From: Candidatus Oxydemutatoraceae bacterium
GTDB lineage: Bacteria; Pseudomonadota; Gammaproteobacteria; Poriferisulfidales; Oxydemutatoraceae
Assembly (NCBI GenBank): GCA_965218975.1
Contig: OZ244717.1
Span: 1,536,001 to 1,600,000, forward strand
DNA: 64,000 nucleotides
Reading direction: 5' to 3'
Shown: positions 1 to 9,330 of the stretch, piece after piece
Layout of the letters: every line of letters begins with the position of its first letter
How positions within the stretch are numbered: the first letter of the stretch is position 1
The notes under the pieces: generated by a model
Seen by the model: only the letters and a program-made list of their open reading frames with translations
What the model was told of the DNA's origin: nothing
Databases searched by the model: none
Made by a program: the position numbers and the translations under genes

Positions 1-1436
1 GCTGTGGCAAACTTCTGCGGTAGTTCCTCAATAAACTCAAGCGCATAAGCGTCCTTAGCTGCTTTCCGGATTTGCGCTTCCGATGCGTCGCTGCCATACG
101 CAATATTGTCTGCGATCGTCCCGCGCATTGAAATATTGAATTGTCCGGCATAGGCAATCTGCGCACGCAACTGTTGTAAATTCCATAGCTCAGTATCTTG
201 CTGATCAATTTCAATGCATCCGGAAGTTGGCTCATAAAGGCGCGGAATAAGGCTGATTAAAGTACTTTTGCCTGAACCGGATTGTCCGACCAGCGCGATA
301 GTCTCCCCGGCCGATATATTCAAGTGAATATGAGACAATGCATCCGTATCGGTATTGGCATAACGAAATGTAACATCCTTAAAACAAATATCTCCGCGGA
401 TACGCTTTTCAATCGGTTTGGCAATATTTTGCTCAATGGGTTCGTCCAACATATCAAACACGCTCTCTGCCGCAACGATACCCGTTTGAATTACTTGGTT
501 TAAAGTGGTTAGATTTCGAATTGGGCGAAACAATAGCATAATAGTAACAAGCATTGAAACAAAAGTTCCGACAGTGATCGTGTTTCCGATCGCTCCGATA
601 TTAGCTGCTTGGATAATGCCGACAAAACTTAGCCCGGCTATCAACATGACAATAGGTACATTGGTCGCTCGGGTTCGTAAAACGCGCATTTTCTGGCGCC
701 TGATTTCCTCATTGCTATTTGCAAAACTCGTACTTTCGTAACACTGCGCACCCGATACTTTAATCATCGCGTTATTCTCAATCGCTTGCTGAATATCAGC
801 GGTAGCAATTCCGTAAGCATCCTGAACCTTGCGACTAATTTTACGGAAACGGCGGCTAGCGAAACGTACAATAAAAACGATTGGAATGATCAAAATTGCG
901 AGACAAAGGGTAAGTATCCAATTTAAATACAGCATCCAGAATATCAAACCAATTATGCTAAATGTATCGCGCACGATTACGACCAATGCCCGCGATGCCG
1001 CAACAGCGGTTTGTTCAACATTGTAGGTCAGTTTTGAAACGACAGTCCCCTTGGGGTACTGGTCAAAATATGATATCGGTAAATGTAACAAGTGTTCAAA
1101 CATATCCGTACGCAGATTGCGTACAACCATCTGACCGATGTAGCCGATATAGTAGACTGACAAATAGTTTCCTAAACCGCGCAACAGAAAAATTCCGATA
1201 ACCCCCGCCGAAAGCCACCAGCCGGAAGATTGTGCCGTTTGCGAAAAAAGACTCTCATCCAACAAAGGCTTGATCAAAACGGCAAGCCCGATATCTCCGA
1301 AAGAATACAGAAGCATTCCGACAATTGAAATAAGTAAAAATTGCCAATGTGGTTTCGTGTATCGCAGGAGACGATGATAAATATTGGGCAATTTTATTCG
1401 CAGTTTTTTCGGAAACATCGGCTTTGCTTGCGTCAT
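1..1436 (-). CDS. msbA: Lipid A export ABC transporter MsbA (3' end outside window)
   Basis: Manual translation from ATG 1436: MTQAKPMFPKKLRIKLPNIYHRLLRYTKPHWQFLLISIVGM..., TM helices, then Walker A GQSGSGKSTL near 260-290. Lies downstream of comEC in the conserved lolD-comEC-msbA order. Missing from the ORF track because it has no stop inside the window. Confidence 0.9.
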   Translation of the reverse strand, partial: MTQAKPMFPKKLRIKLPNIYHRLLRYTKPHWQFLLISIVGMLLYSFGDIGLAVLIKPLLDESLFSQTAQSSGWWLSAGVIGIFLLRGLGNYLSVYYIGYIGQMVVRNLRTDMFEHLLHLPISYFDQYPKGTVVSKLTYNVEQTAVAASRALVVIVRDTFSIIGLIFWMLYLNWILTLCLAILIIPIVFIVRFASRRFRKISRKVQDAYGIATADIQQAIENNAMIKVSGAQCYESTSFANSNEEIRRQKMRVLRTRATNVPIVMLIAGLSFVGIIQAANIGAIGNTITVGTFVSMLVTIMLLFRPIRNLTTLNQVIQTGIVAAESVFDMLDEPIEQNIAKPIEKRIRGDICFKDVTFRYANTDTDALSHIHLNISAGETIALVGQSGSGKSTLISLIPRLYEPTSGCIEIDQQDTELWNLQQLRAQIAYAGQFNISMRGTIADNIAYGSDASEAQIRKAAKDAYALEFIEELPQKFAT

Positions 1437-1483
1437 CTTTTGTTATGCACGAGCGTGTATATTAACCGAATAATTATTTGCTT

Positions 1484-3838
1484 TTATACACAGTCCGGAT
1501 GATTTTCTTGAGTAATCTTATGGGTTTGCCAATAATGTTTTTGGACGGCACGGTGTGATGTAACTTGAATTTCATCATTTAATAAGGCATCGGTAGCCGA
1601 CCCTGCCAAAGAATCGGGCGGAAAATAAAGGCGGATGGCACCGCTTTCGGCAGTATTGTATACACTAACACAGTGATCGCGATATCTTTGCACCACCGAT
1701 GCGGCGGGGAAATCGAATCGGTTGCGAAAGCCGCTGGATACAATGGCAATTTTTGGTCTGACTGCTTTTATAAAAGATACTCCGGACGAAGTTTTGCTTC
1801 CATGATGGGGCACCGATACCGCATCAACATTTAATTGTATGCTATAACGCCTTAGCAATTGATTCTCCGCTGATTTTTCTATGTCGCCTGTTAATAGCAA
1901 TTGATGATCGTTATTGGATATTCGTAATACGCACGAAGCGTCATTTTCCGACAATCTTTCCGATAATAATTCCGAAGATGGGTGGAGAAAAGTAAAATAC
2001 ACGTCATCCCAAACCCACTGTATGCCGTCATGGCACCTTTCAAACTCGGAAAAAACATAATTTCGCTCACTGCGCCCGCCGATATACTTTTTTCTTACGT
2101 CGAATCGGCTAAGAATCACGTCGGCGCCCCCGGCATGGTCTTTATCGCTATGCGACAATACCAACGCATCCAAATGAGTAATATTGCTGCCGAGTAAAAA
2201 CGGCAATATAACTGCAGAGCCTAAATCGAAACCTGATGGATATTTAGCGCCCGCATCAAATAATAAAGTATGTGTGCGGGTGCGAATCACTACCGCAAGC
2301 CCTTGCCCGACATCTAAAAACACACTTTCAAAAGCGCCTTTAGGAATGGAAGGCGGCGGAATCAATGATAAAGTGCAAAGAAATAAAACACCGGCGACCC
2401 TATAATAAAAATTACACGTCGCAATAATCAATATCGCTCCAAGCATCGCACTGAAATAACACCACCACAACGGCTTATGGAACCATTGAAACAGCCGAAT
2501 ATTTTTTATGAATTCCGCTGCATACCAGAAACCATCAAGCAATAAATCAGCGGCCCACACCAAACTTGCTGCTATTGGTTCATTAATAATGGAAAATAAT
2601 GTCGCCAATAATACACATGGCAGTACCAAAAAACTTGCGTAAGGAACCGCAAACAAATTGGCAATCGGAGCCAGCAAAGCACCTTGGTTAAAGAACCATA
2701 AACTAAGCGGCAATAAAATGATCGGCAAGTACAAATGCAATCCTATCCATCGCACCGGTTTTATCGAAGTTTTTGTCGCTTGAATAAAAACGACGATGCC
2801 GCCGACTGCCGAGAATGAAAACCAAAACGACGCGGATAAAGTGCTGAAAGGGTCAAGACACAATACCACTAGCAAAGCCAATGATAACGAGTTGATAAGT
2901 GAGGTTTGCCGCACTACTATCCGAGCAAACAAAACACATCCGAGCATAATTAATGCTCGTTGCGTAGGCAATGAAAAACCTGCGAGCCAAGCATAAGTGA
3001 AAGCAAATAGGAATGCGACTCCTCCCGCCATTGACGGTGTGGCAATATAACAACGGGATAAAAAGTATTTTCGCCACAGATAGAAAACGCATTGGTAAAT
3101 TAGAACGAAAAATAATGCAATATGAAGACCGGAGATAGCAAACAAATGTCCGACTCCGGATGCTGTTAACAATTGCCACTGATGTCGAGTCATGTATCTA
3201 CGTTCGCCTAATGTCAATGCCAACACCGCGCCGATATTATCTGTGGCGCTTAACTGAGCAAACAGTTTGTCATAAACGTATTGGCGAAACTTTTGTGCAA
3301 GATTTGGCGCCGCATTGGGAACATACGACCAACTACGGATATAACCGGTCGCCCCGATACCATGAGCAAATAAAAACCGCTCGTAATCAAATGTATGCGG
3401 ATTGCTGTAGCCGTGCAAAGGTTTTAGCCGTACTCCGGCATGAATAGTTTCGCCTAGTTTCAACTGCGGGTCTTCACCATACAAACCTAAGCGCAATTTA
3501 TCCGGGACCGACAAACCACCTGCGGAAACTTCATGGTCACGAACGACTACCGCATCCAAACGAGTATAAAAATTTTGATAGCTCGGAATAGATACAATCC
3601 GTAAATTTAATTCGGCCTCTCCTCCGTCAAAACCTTGCATTCCATCTAATCGTATAAAAGCCGCATACCATACCCAACAAAAACCTAATACAAAGACACC
3701 AACAAAACGTGCAATCGAATAGCGAATAAATATGCCGGCAACCAAAGGAGTGATCGCCAACCAGCCGATGTTGGGCAATAGCGGCAGTTGTTGAAATAAT
3801 ACATTTCCAAGCAAAAAAGCGATCGCATGGGTAAACAT
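1484..3838 (-). CDS. comEC: DNA internalization competence protein ComEC/Rec2
   Basis: HLFAISGLH competence-domain motif, many TM segments, C-terminal metallo-beta-lactamase motifs (DVGQG, SHSDKDHAGG, LTGDIE, PHHGSKTS). Confidence 0.95.
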   Translation of the reverse strand: MFTHAIAFLLGNVLFQQLPLLPNIGWLAITPLVAGIFIRYSIARFVGVFVLGFCWVWYAAFIRLDGMQGFDGGEAELNLRIVSIPSYQNFYTRLDAVVVRDHEVSAGGLSVPDKLRLGLYGEDPQLKLGETIHAGVRLKPLHGYSNPHTFDYERFLFAHGIGATGYIRSWSYVPNAAPNLAQKFRQYVYDKLFAQLSATDNIGAVLALTLGERRYMTRHQWQLLTASGVGHLFAISGLHIALFFVLIYQCVFYLWRKYFLSRCYIATPSMAGGVAFLFAFTYAWLAGFSLPTQRALIMLGCVLFARIVVRQTSLINSLSLALLVVLCLDPFSTLSASFWFSFSAVGGIVVFIQATKTSIKPVRWIGLHLYLPIILLPLSLWFFNQGALLAPIANLFAVPYASFLVLPCVLLATLFSIINEPIAASLVWAADLLLDGFWYAAEFIKNIRLFQWFHKPLWWCYFSAMLGAILIIATCNFYYRVAGVLFLCTLSLIPPPSIPKGAFESVFLDVGQGLAVVIRTRTHTLLFDAGAKYPSGFDLGSAVILPFLLGSNITHLDALVLSHSDKDHAGGADVILSRFDVRKKYIGGRSERNYVFSEFERCHDGIQWVWDDVYFTFLHPSSELLSERLSENDASCVLRISNNDHQLLLTGDIEKSAENQLLRRYSIQLNVDAVSVPHHGSKTSSGVSFIKAVRPKIAIVSSGFRNRFDFPAASVVQRYRDHCVSVYNTAESGAIRLYFPPDSLAGSATDALLNDEIQVTSHRAVQKHYWQTHKITQENHPDCV

Positions 3839-4294
3839 GATTGATTGCTTACCACAAAATATTGAAGGGAACCCAGCTATTACGACGGACGGCGTCCGAT
3901 TATCGGATGAACGCTATTTTTGCCGTAGGGGAATATCTAAAGCAGTTAAGCAGTCCGCACTGCTTTAAACATCAGCGGTTTACGAAATTTAACAATAATA
4001 GTGAGCCGGCGAAATCGCTAAATAAAGACCGGCTGGGAATCAATAATGCTGAGTGGTATATTCCTAGGAGGTAATTGAGGTCGCACAAATAACCTCAGTC
4101 CGGCGGCATTATTAAATTGCAAATACTTCCAGCAAAGCTTTGCTTCTACTAGCTTCCGGAGGATATAGCTTATATGCTTATCACAGACTGTACTTAAAAT
4201 TATGCTCTATTAGCTCGCCTAGATTCAAAGCGAGTTTAGCTCGGATATGTTCCCTGCTCTGCTTACTTCAGGCTAGCAAAAAAGCATAAATTCT

Positions 4295-5263
4295 TTAAAA
4301 AAGATACTTCATGTTTAAACTGACACCAAGAAATTCCATGTCATCAATCTCGAACTTGCCGGACACCGGTTCGCTTCCGTCTCTCCGTATATTTGGTACG
4401 TGGCTACGTAGCGGGTCCCAAACTATACCGTCGTCACGGAAGGAATCAAATCTAACCCAGCGTCCTTTGAGACCTAGAGACATCGCTTCCGTAAACGCAT
4501 AATCCACGCCAAACAACACTTGAAACCCAAAGAGCGTGTCGCTGAGGGAAGTTTGCGCAACACTGACCGTTTTGGCTAAGTTCTGTCGGATCATATCGGC
4601 ATTGGGTAATCCTTCACCGGTCGTAATCCTATCCGGATCGTCGTTTCTCGCCCAAACGCTACCATATTCCACATCGGTAAATCCAATACCGCCACCGACT
4701 CCGATATAAGGTGTAAACCGGCTAGTGTTGACAAAGTCGTAATACAAGTTTCCGAACAAGTTATGCGAAGTGATACTATCTATACGGTCTATCGCTTGCA
4801 CAATTTCTTGCATAAGCTTATCCCCACTCTCACCCGATGCGCCGGGAATGTCGCTGGTCTCATCATATTCCGATTGCCGATAAAAATATTCTATCTCAAT
4901 GCGGAAACCGTCCACCGGACTGTTCGAATATCTATTTGAAAAACTGTAGCCTAGTGCTGCTCCTGCCAAAATACCCGTTGCGTTGTCAAATTTATTTTCC
5001 CAGCCGCCGGTTGCACCGCGATTAGGGCCTGTGCAGTTTACATTTTCGTATCCTGAAGTCTGCATGACTGTAGCGAAATTCGGATTAATAAACTCATCGC
5101 ATACGCTAGCTCGATCGTTGCTAGATCCGGCAGTATCCACTCCCTCGGCGAAATTAACCCCGAGATCACCACTGATATAAAATCCCGAATCCGCTTGCGT
5201 CCAACTAGGCACAACTAACAACGCAGCAATGGCAATCGCTAAGATTTGAATTGTAAATTTCAT
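4295..5263 (-). CDS. Outer-membrane beta-barrel protein, opacity/Msp4-like surface antigen type
   Basis: Signal peptide, GFYISGDLG first strand, GFRIEIEY, NLYYDF...FTPYIGVGGG, C-terminal aromatic barrel signal (MKYLF). Confidence 0.75.
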   Translation of the reverse strand: MKFTIQILAIAIAALLVVPSWTQADSGFYISGDLGVNFAEGVDTAGSSNDRASVCDEFINPNFATVMQTSGYENVNCTGPNRGATGGWENKFDNATGILAGAALGYSFSNRYSNSPVDGFRIEIEYFYRQSEYDETSDIPGASGESGDKLMQEIVQAIDRIDSITSHNLFGNLYYDFVNTSRFTPYIGVGGGIGFTDVEYGSVWARNDDPDRITTGEGLPNADMIRQNLAKTVSVAQTSLSDTLFGFQVLFGVDYAFTEAMSLGLKGRWVRFDSFRDDGIVWDPLRSHVPNIRRDGSEPVSGKFEIDDMEFLGVSLNMKYLF

Positions 5264-5394
5264 TATTTTTTAAGTTTTTAGAAAAGTAAGCAAGTCTTTG
5301 TTAAACTAGTATAAGTTTATAGTCCATTGGGTCAATAATTGTTCGAAACTATATAGATAGATAACTTGACAAAAACGCCCTACCTTCCGAACTC

Positions 5395-6204
5395 ATGATG
5401 AGAAAACCACAAATGAATCCGGATTTCATTCTAGAAAGATATATCCCAGATTTGGATGCTTGGCACCGGATTATTAAATCCGGTCTTTCTCCTCGTTCCC
5501 CCGGTGAGGCGGAAGCCATAAAACGTGAAATGCAATTCCTGAGAAAGTCCTTTTATGCTGAAATTCATCAGCTCGAAACATGGTACTGGGATGCAGAAAG
5601 AATTGAAGAAGCCATGTCTATTCCTATTGATAAACCTCAAGGGAAAGATATTGCACTACCACAAAATGTTGGGATTGGATTTCATTTGTTTAGAAAAACA
5701 GACAAGAAGGGAAAGGAAGTTGACGTGCTCTATGCAGATGTGAAAGACGGCAGCAGTTCGATTTTACCTATGGCAATAATTATTAGGACAGATAAAGTCC
5801 AAGCTTTTCACAACCTAGAAGATGGTTCCGTAGATTTGGCTCATGTTCCGAAAGGTGACCTATGGTTTATGCTCGCCGCCAGAATGACATGCTTTCTGAA
5901 CCAGAAACTCACCGATGTCAAAAAGGTCAAAGCATTGACTCGACAAGAGCGGAGACGCATCGGCATGGAATCACCTGAAAGTCAAACCGAAATCAATCTT
6001 GTGAGGTGGAGAAAGATAAGGTATGAATCTAATGGGACAGAGAAAATATTACGTGATAAGTGCTGGCCGGTTATGGGACATGTCCGTTGGCAATGGTATC
6101 CGAGCGATATGGTTCACAAACCTATTTGGATAGAGACACATATACGCGGTAATCCGAACGCACCATTGCATGTAAGAACTAGAATCAATTCGGTTGTCAA
6201 CTAA
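5395..6204 (+). CDS. Hypothetical protein with C-terminal W-x-V-x-GH-x-R-x-QWYPS motif (phage-like)
   Basis: Intact 269-aa ORF; C-terminal CWPVMGHVRWQWYPSDMVHKPIWIETHIRGNP resembles a motif I recall from uncharacterised phage proteins. Confidence 0.6.
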   Translation: MMRKPQMNPDFILERYIPDLDAWHRIIKSGLSPRSPGEAEAIKREMQFLRKSFYAEIHQLETWYWDAERIEEAMSIPIDKPQGKDIALPQNVGIGFHLFRKTDKKGKEVDVLYADVKDGSSSILPMAIIIRTDKVQAFHNLEDGSVDLAHVPKGDLWFMLAARMTCFLNQKLTDVKKVKALTRQERRRIGMESPESQTEINLVRWRKIRYESNGTEKILRDKCWPVMGHVRWQWYPSDMVHKPIWIETHIRGNPNAPLHVRTRINSVVN

Positions 6205-6273
6205 TCTATAAATCCATCCCACGGATTATTGAATAACCAAGTTTAGAGTCATGGAATAAGTTTCTTTGCTTTA

Positions 6274-6480
6274 CTACTTTTGTTTGTGCCGGCTGCGTTT
6301 CTTCAAGGTGTCACCTAATTCACGATTTTTACTCGTCTGCATAGCCTGCAGATTTCGAAGATTATCTGATCCACCTTTATTTGTCGGCTTGATATGATCA
6401 GTTTCCCAACCATACAAACCATCATTACCGTATTGATCCTTTTTAATTGGGTTCCCATAAGGATCTTGTCGGACTTTAGC
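6274..6480 (-). pseudogene. HNH endonuclease, 5'-truncated by an IS481 remnant
   Basis: DPYGNPIKKDQYG...GWETDHIKPTNKGGSDNLRNLQAMQTSKN HNH core; upstream of ~6480 the sequence switches abruptly to GC-rich transposase DNA. Confidence 0.75.
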
Positions 6481-7637
6481 CTGCGATGCATTCAAAGTCG
6501 GTTGCCGCACCTTGATTGGTGCGGCAAACCTTGAAGGAAAGCGGATACAACGCAGTGGCATTGGCGCCACACCGCCGCCGCCAAGCACACCGTCCGCCCG
6601 GTTTGGTGCAAGCAATCCGTTGTCTGCGCGAGCAATATCTGAACTTAGGCAAACAGCCGGTGCAGAAGTTGCTTGAGCTGTGGGGCGAACGCTACGGCCT
6701 GGCTACACCCAGCGTCTCGACTAGCAGGCGCATCATTGCCGCGGCCCCAGACAAGATGCGCCGTATCCCGCAGCGCCTTGATGCCCGCGGCAGACGCCGT
6801 CCGTACCGCTGGACCAACAGGTTACGTCGCCCGCGCCACCCATGCACTGCGTCGTTGGAATAGTTTGCTTGTGATACGGTGGAACGGGGGCGCGACGGTA
6901 TCCGCCGCTACGTGTTCATCTTCATGGCCCCGTGCTCGCGCGTTGCGGGTGTACAGGCTTCCGTTACCCGCAGCAGCCAGCGCAGCGCGAGAGGCGTCGG
7001 CGGATTGTCGGTGGATTTTGCCAGATTATCAGCACAGTGCCTGTCGTCCATGACGAGACTTGGTTCTGTCAACAAGCCCCAGCCCCGACATCCTTGTCGG
7101 GTCGTTCGCCGCTGAAAACCGTTCGGTTTTCCGGGCGCGTCTCACCCTATCGTCCATGACGAGACTTGGTTCTGTCAATAAGCGTCAGCCTCGACGTCCT
7201 TGTCGGGTCGTTCGCCGCTGAAAACCGATCGGTTTTCCGGGTGCGTCTTACCTTGCGGCTGTTGTGCGAACTGGTGCCGAGGCCGATTCGCTATAGCTTG
7301 TCCGACAACGGCTCGGGGTTTATGTCAGAGTTTATGCAGGGCTTCGAGACCGAGTTGAAACGGTGCCGGATCACCCACTGGTGGACCTATCCGAAGTCGC
7401 CAAAGATGAACAGTTGCTGCGAGCGTTTCAATCGCACCTTGCAGGAGTCATTCGCGGACTACCACGAGGATCTTCTGTTCGCCGACGTGGCCTGCTTTAA
7501 CCGGAAATTAGCGCAATGGCTGGTGTTTCACAACGCCCAACGCCTCCATTATTCACTGGCATTCACTGGGGCTACAATCCCCGATACAGCCGCTCCTGAC
7601 GCACCACCCGGAGTGCCAAATGTTATGGACCTATACA
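6481..7637 (+). mobile_element. Decayed IS481-family element (frameshifts, stop, internal insertion); right end retained
   Basis: Fragments ...PSVSTSRRIIAAAPDKMR..., DTVERGRDGIRRYVF, SDNGSGF, WWTYPKSPKMNSCCERFNRTLQESF (rve/DDE core). Ends in TGTTATGGACCTATACA (7621-7637), identical to 10921-10937 and consistent with TGT...ACA IS481 ends. Confidence 0.8.
7044..7252. repeat. Two tandem copies (period 106 bp) of a ~103-bp multi-hairpin repeat
   Basis: 7044-7146 and 7150-7252 align closely; each holds hairpins TCGTC/GACGA, CCCGACA/TGTCGGG and GAAAACC/GGTTTTC. A third copy is at 12259-12361. Confidence 0.9.
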
Positions 7638-7881
7638 TTATCGTGATACAGTCTTTTGATAGTGGTGGGTCTGAAAATTCTCTATGGCGGTGCCTTTTTA
7701 TCAGGATTTATTTTTGCTTGACATGGCTTAAATAAAAATAGGTCTTTCCGGCTTTGAACTGGGCTTTCCCAAATACTTAAAATTAGTTCTTTTTGGCTAT
7801 TGCGCGAGGATAGTTTCCGTTCCGCCAAGTTTTCACTTCGGCTTTTAGTTTTTTTTAGGGAGGAGTTCGTGGTTTGATTTT

Positions 7882-8448
7882 TTATTTATTCAAACAGCAT
7901 TTTTTGTATTTTTTACCATTGCCGCAATAGCACATATCATTTCTACCTATATTTTTTATATCCTTATCGAACTCTTTTACTCCCGCTTCTCCATGTGAGT
8001 ATTCTCCCCAAGGCGGGCTTTTACCATATTGGCTTTTGTAATTTTGCCAAACGAAAAAAGGTAAAACATGAAGTTTAATAAAATCCGATGTAGATAGGGT
8101 GGCATCTCCAAACAATCCCAAACAACAACTCCCATCAGAATTAATATGATTATTAGGTATTTTTTTTATTTTGTTCCCTGTTTCATAAACTTTGTAATTT
8201 AACAAATCAATTTTGATTTCATAGACATCTTGGACAAAAGTTTTTTTATATTCTTTTCTAGCCTGTTCATCAGGGTTATGAATTAGTTTTTCTTCATCAT
8301 AGACAGCACAAACGTTTATTTCCCCTTTAATAAAAGGATTCTCAAAATATAAATTTGGAAATGTTTTTTCAACTTCTAACATTTCATTTTCTATACTCTT
8401 AATGCCATCTATCACAGTACGGTTTATTTGGTCTTGTAGTAAATGCAC
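7882..8448 (-). CDS. Prokaryotic E2 (UBC-like) protein with C-terminal SEC-C motif; CBASS ancillary gene (true start probably GTG 8415 or ATG 8382)
   Basis: HINSDGSCCLG resembles the E2 active site (HxN..G.xCL); PWGEYSHG; C-terminal IGRNDMCYCGNGKKYKKCC SEC-C motif; overlaps the CD-NTase stop. Confidence 0.7.
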   Translation of the reverse strand: MHLLQDQINRTVIDGIKSIENEMLEVEKTFPNLYFENPFIKGEINVCAVYDEEKLIHNPDEQARKEYKKTFVQDVYEIKIDLLNYKVYETGNKIKKIPNNHINSDGSCCLGLFGDATLSTSDFIKLHVLPFFVWQNYKSQYGKSPPWGEYSHGEAGVKEFDKDIKNIGRNDMCYCGNGKKYKKCCLNK

Positions 8449-9328
8449 TGTTCTCTTTCAGCTTTCCAAACTCATCGCCAAAAACTTCTCTCCATTTTCT
8501 CACACTTTCATTATGATCTGTATTGTTAAACGCTTTATTAATTTTATCTGTGTAAAGTTTTATTTTATCTCTAAAGTTAGAATATTTATCTTGGTCCCAA
8601 TGTCTATTAAAGTCTTCATTATCTAATACGGGATTTTTAATTGTTGGCATTGCAGAATGAGTCTGTAAAAAGTCGTTTAAACGATTAAAAATTTCTTTGA
8701 GGGCAATAGGCAAATCGCTAAAATTTTCGATTTTACGAATTTGATTGCCTAAAAGAGTAGTTAATAAAATAGATTTACAACTAAAGTTAGTTTTTATATC
8801 TCTCATGTATTTAAATAGCTTAGTTACTTTTTTTAAGTATCCATGAGAGTCATTGTTTTTTTCTGTTAGCCATTTTTTATATTCTGTTCCATCTGTTTTT
8901 TCAAATTTATTTGTATTTTTGTTACAAATAAATTTTTGGTTATTCGCCTCTATACAAGGCACAATATCTAAATGGAAATCACCAGAATAATCTATTTCGA
9001 TACACCTAGATCTTCTTGAGACAATGGCTTTATAATTTCTATCATCTTTAAATAGGTTATAAATTTCATCTATGTAATCCTTAGGTTTAAAATCATCTTT
9101 GTATTTAATATAAATTATTATATCAGCATCAAAATCTTTATCTTTTGGGGGTTTAATAATAGTCTTCATCCCATAAGAACCTTGATTTTCTCTTTTTTGA
9201 TAATTATCTAACTTATCGTTAAGGTAATCACTAATAGTTTTAACTTTCTTGTCCAAAGTCTCTATCCTATTTTTATTGAGATTGACTTCATTTTCCAAAA
9301 ATTGATTGAAATACTTTGTATGACGCAT
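8399..9328 (-). CDS. CBASS cGAS/DncV-like nucleotidyltransferase (CD-NTase, SMODS domain)
   Basis: QGSYGMKTIIKP...DFDADII (GS...DxD), HLDIVP third acidic residue, KSILLTTL, NPV...EDF; adjacent to a patatin effector. Confidence 0.9.
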   Translation of the reverse strand: MRHTKYFNQFLENEVNLNKNRIETLDKKVKTISDYLNDKLDNYQKRENQGSYGMKTIIKPPKDKDFDADIIIYIKYKDDFKPKDYIDEIYNLFKDDRNYKAIVSRRSRCIEIDYSGDFHLDIVPCIEANNQKFICNKNTNKFEKTDGTEYKKWLTEKNNDSHGYLKKVTKLFKYMRDIKTNFSCKSILLTTLLGNQIRKIENFSDLPIALKEIFNRLNDFLQTHSAMPTIKNPVLDNEDFNRHWDQDKYSNFRDKIKLYTDKINKAFNNTDHNESVRKWREVFGDEFGKLKENSAFTTRPNKPYCDRWH

Positions 9329-9330
9329 TG

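Noticed and set aside
3841-4290. Short hairpins upstream of comEC (e.g. TAAAGCAGT/ACTGCTTTA) and a 77-aa ORF
   Set aside because: The stems are few and scattered, no RNA family is recognisable, and the ORF has no motif.
6274-6615. 113-aa ORF as an intact HNH gene
   Set aside because: Its N-terminal ~45 aa are antisense IS481 sequence; only the C-terminal part is HNH.
7044-7252. Tandem repeats as a CRISPR array
   Set aside because: The units are ~103 bp, nearly abutting, have no unique spacers, and no cas genes are present.
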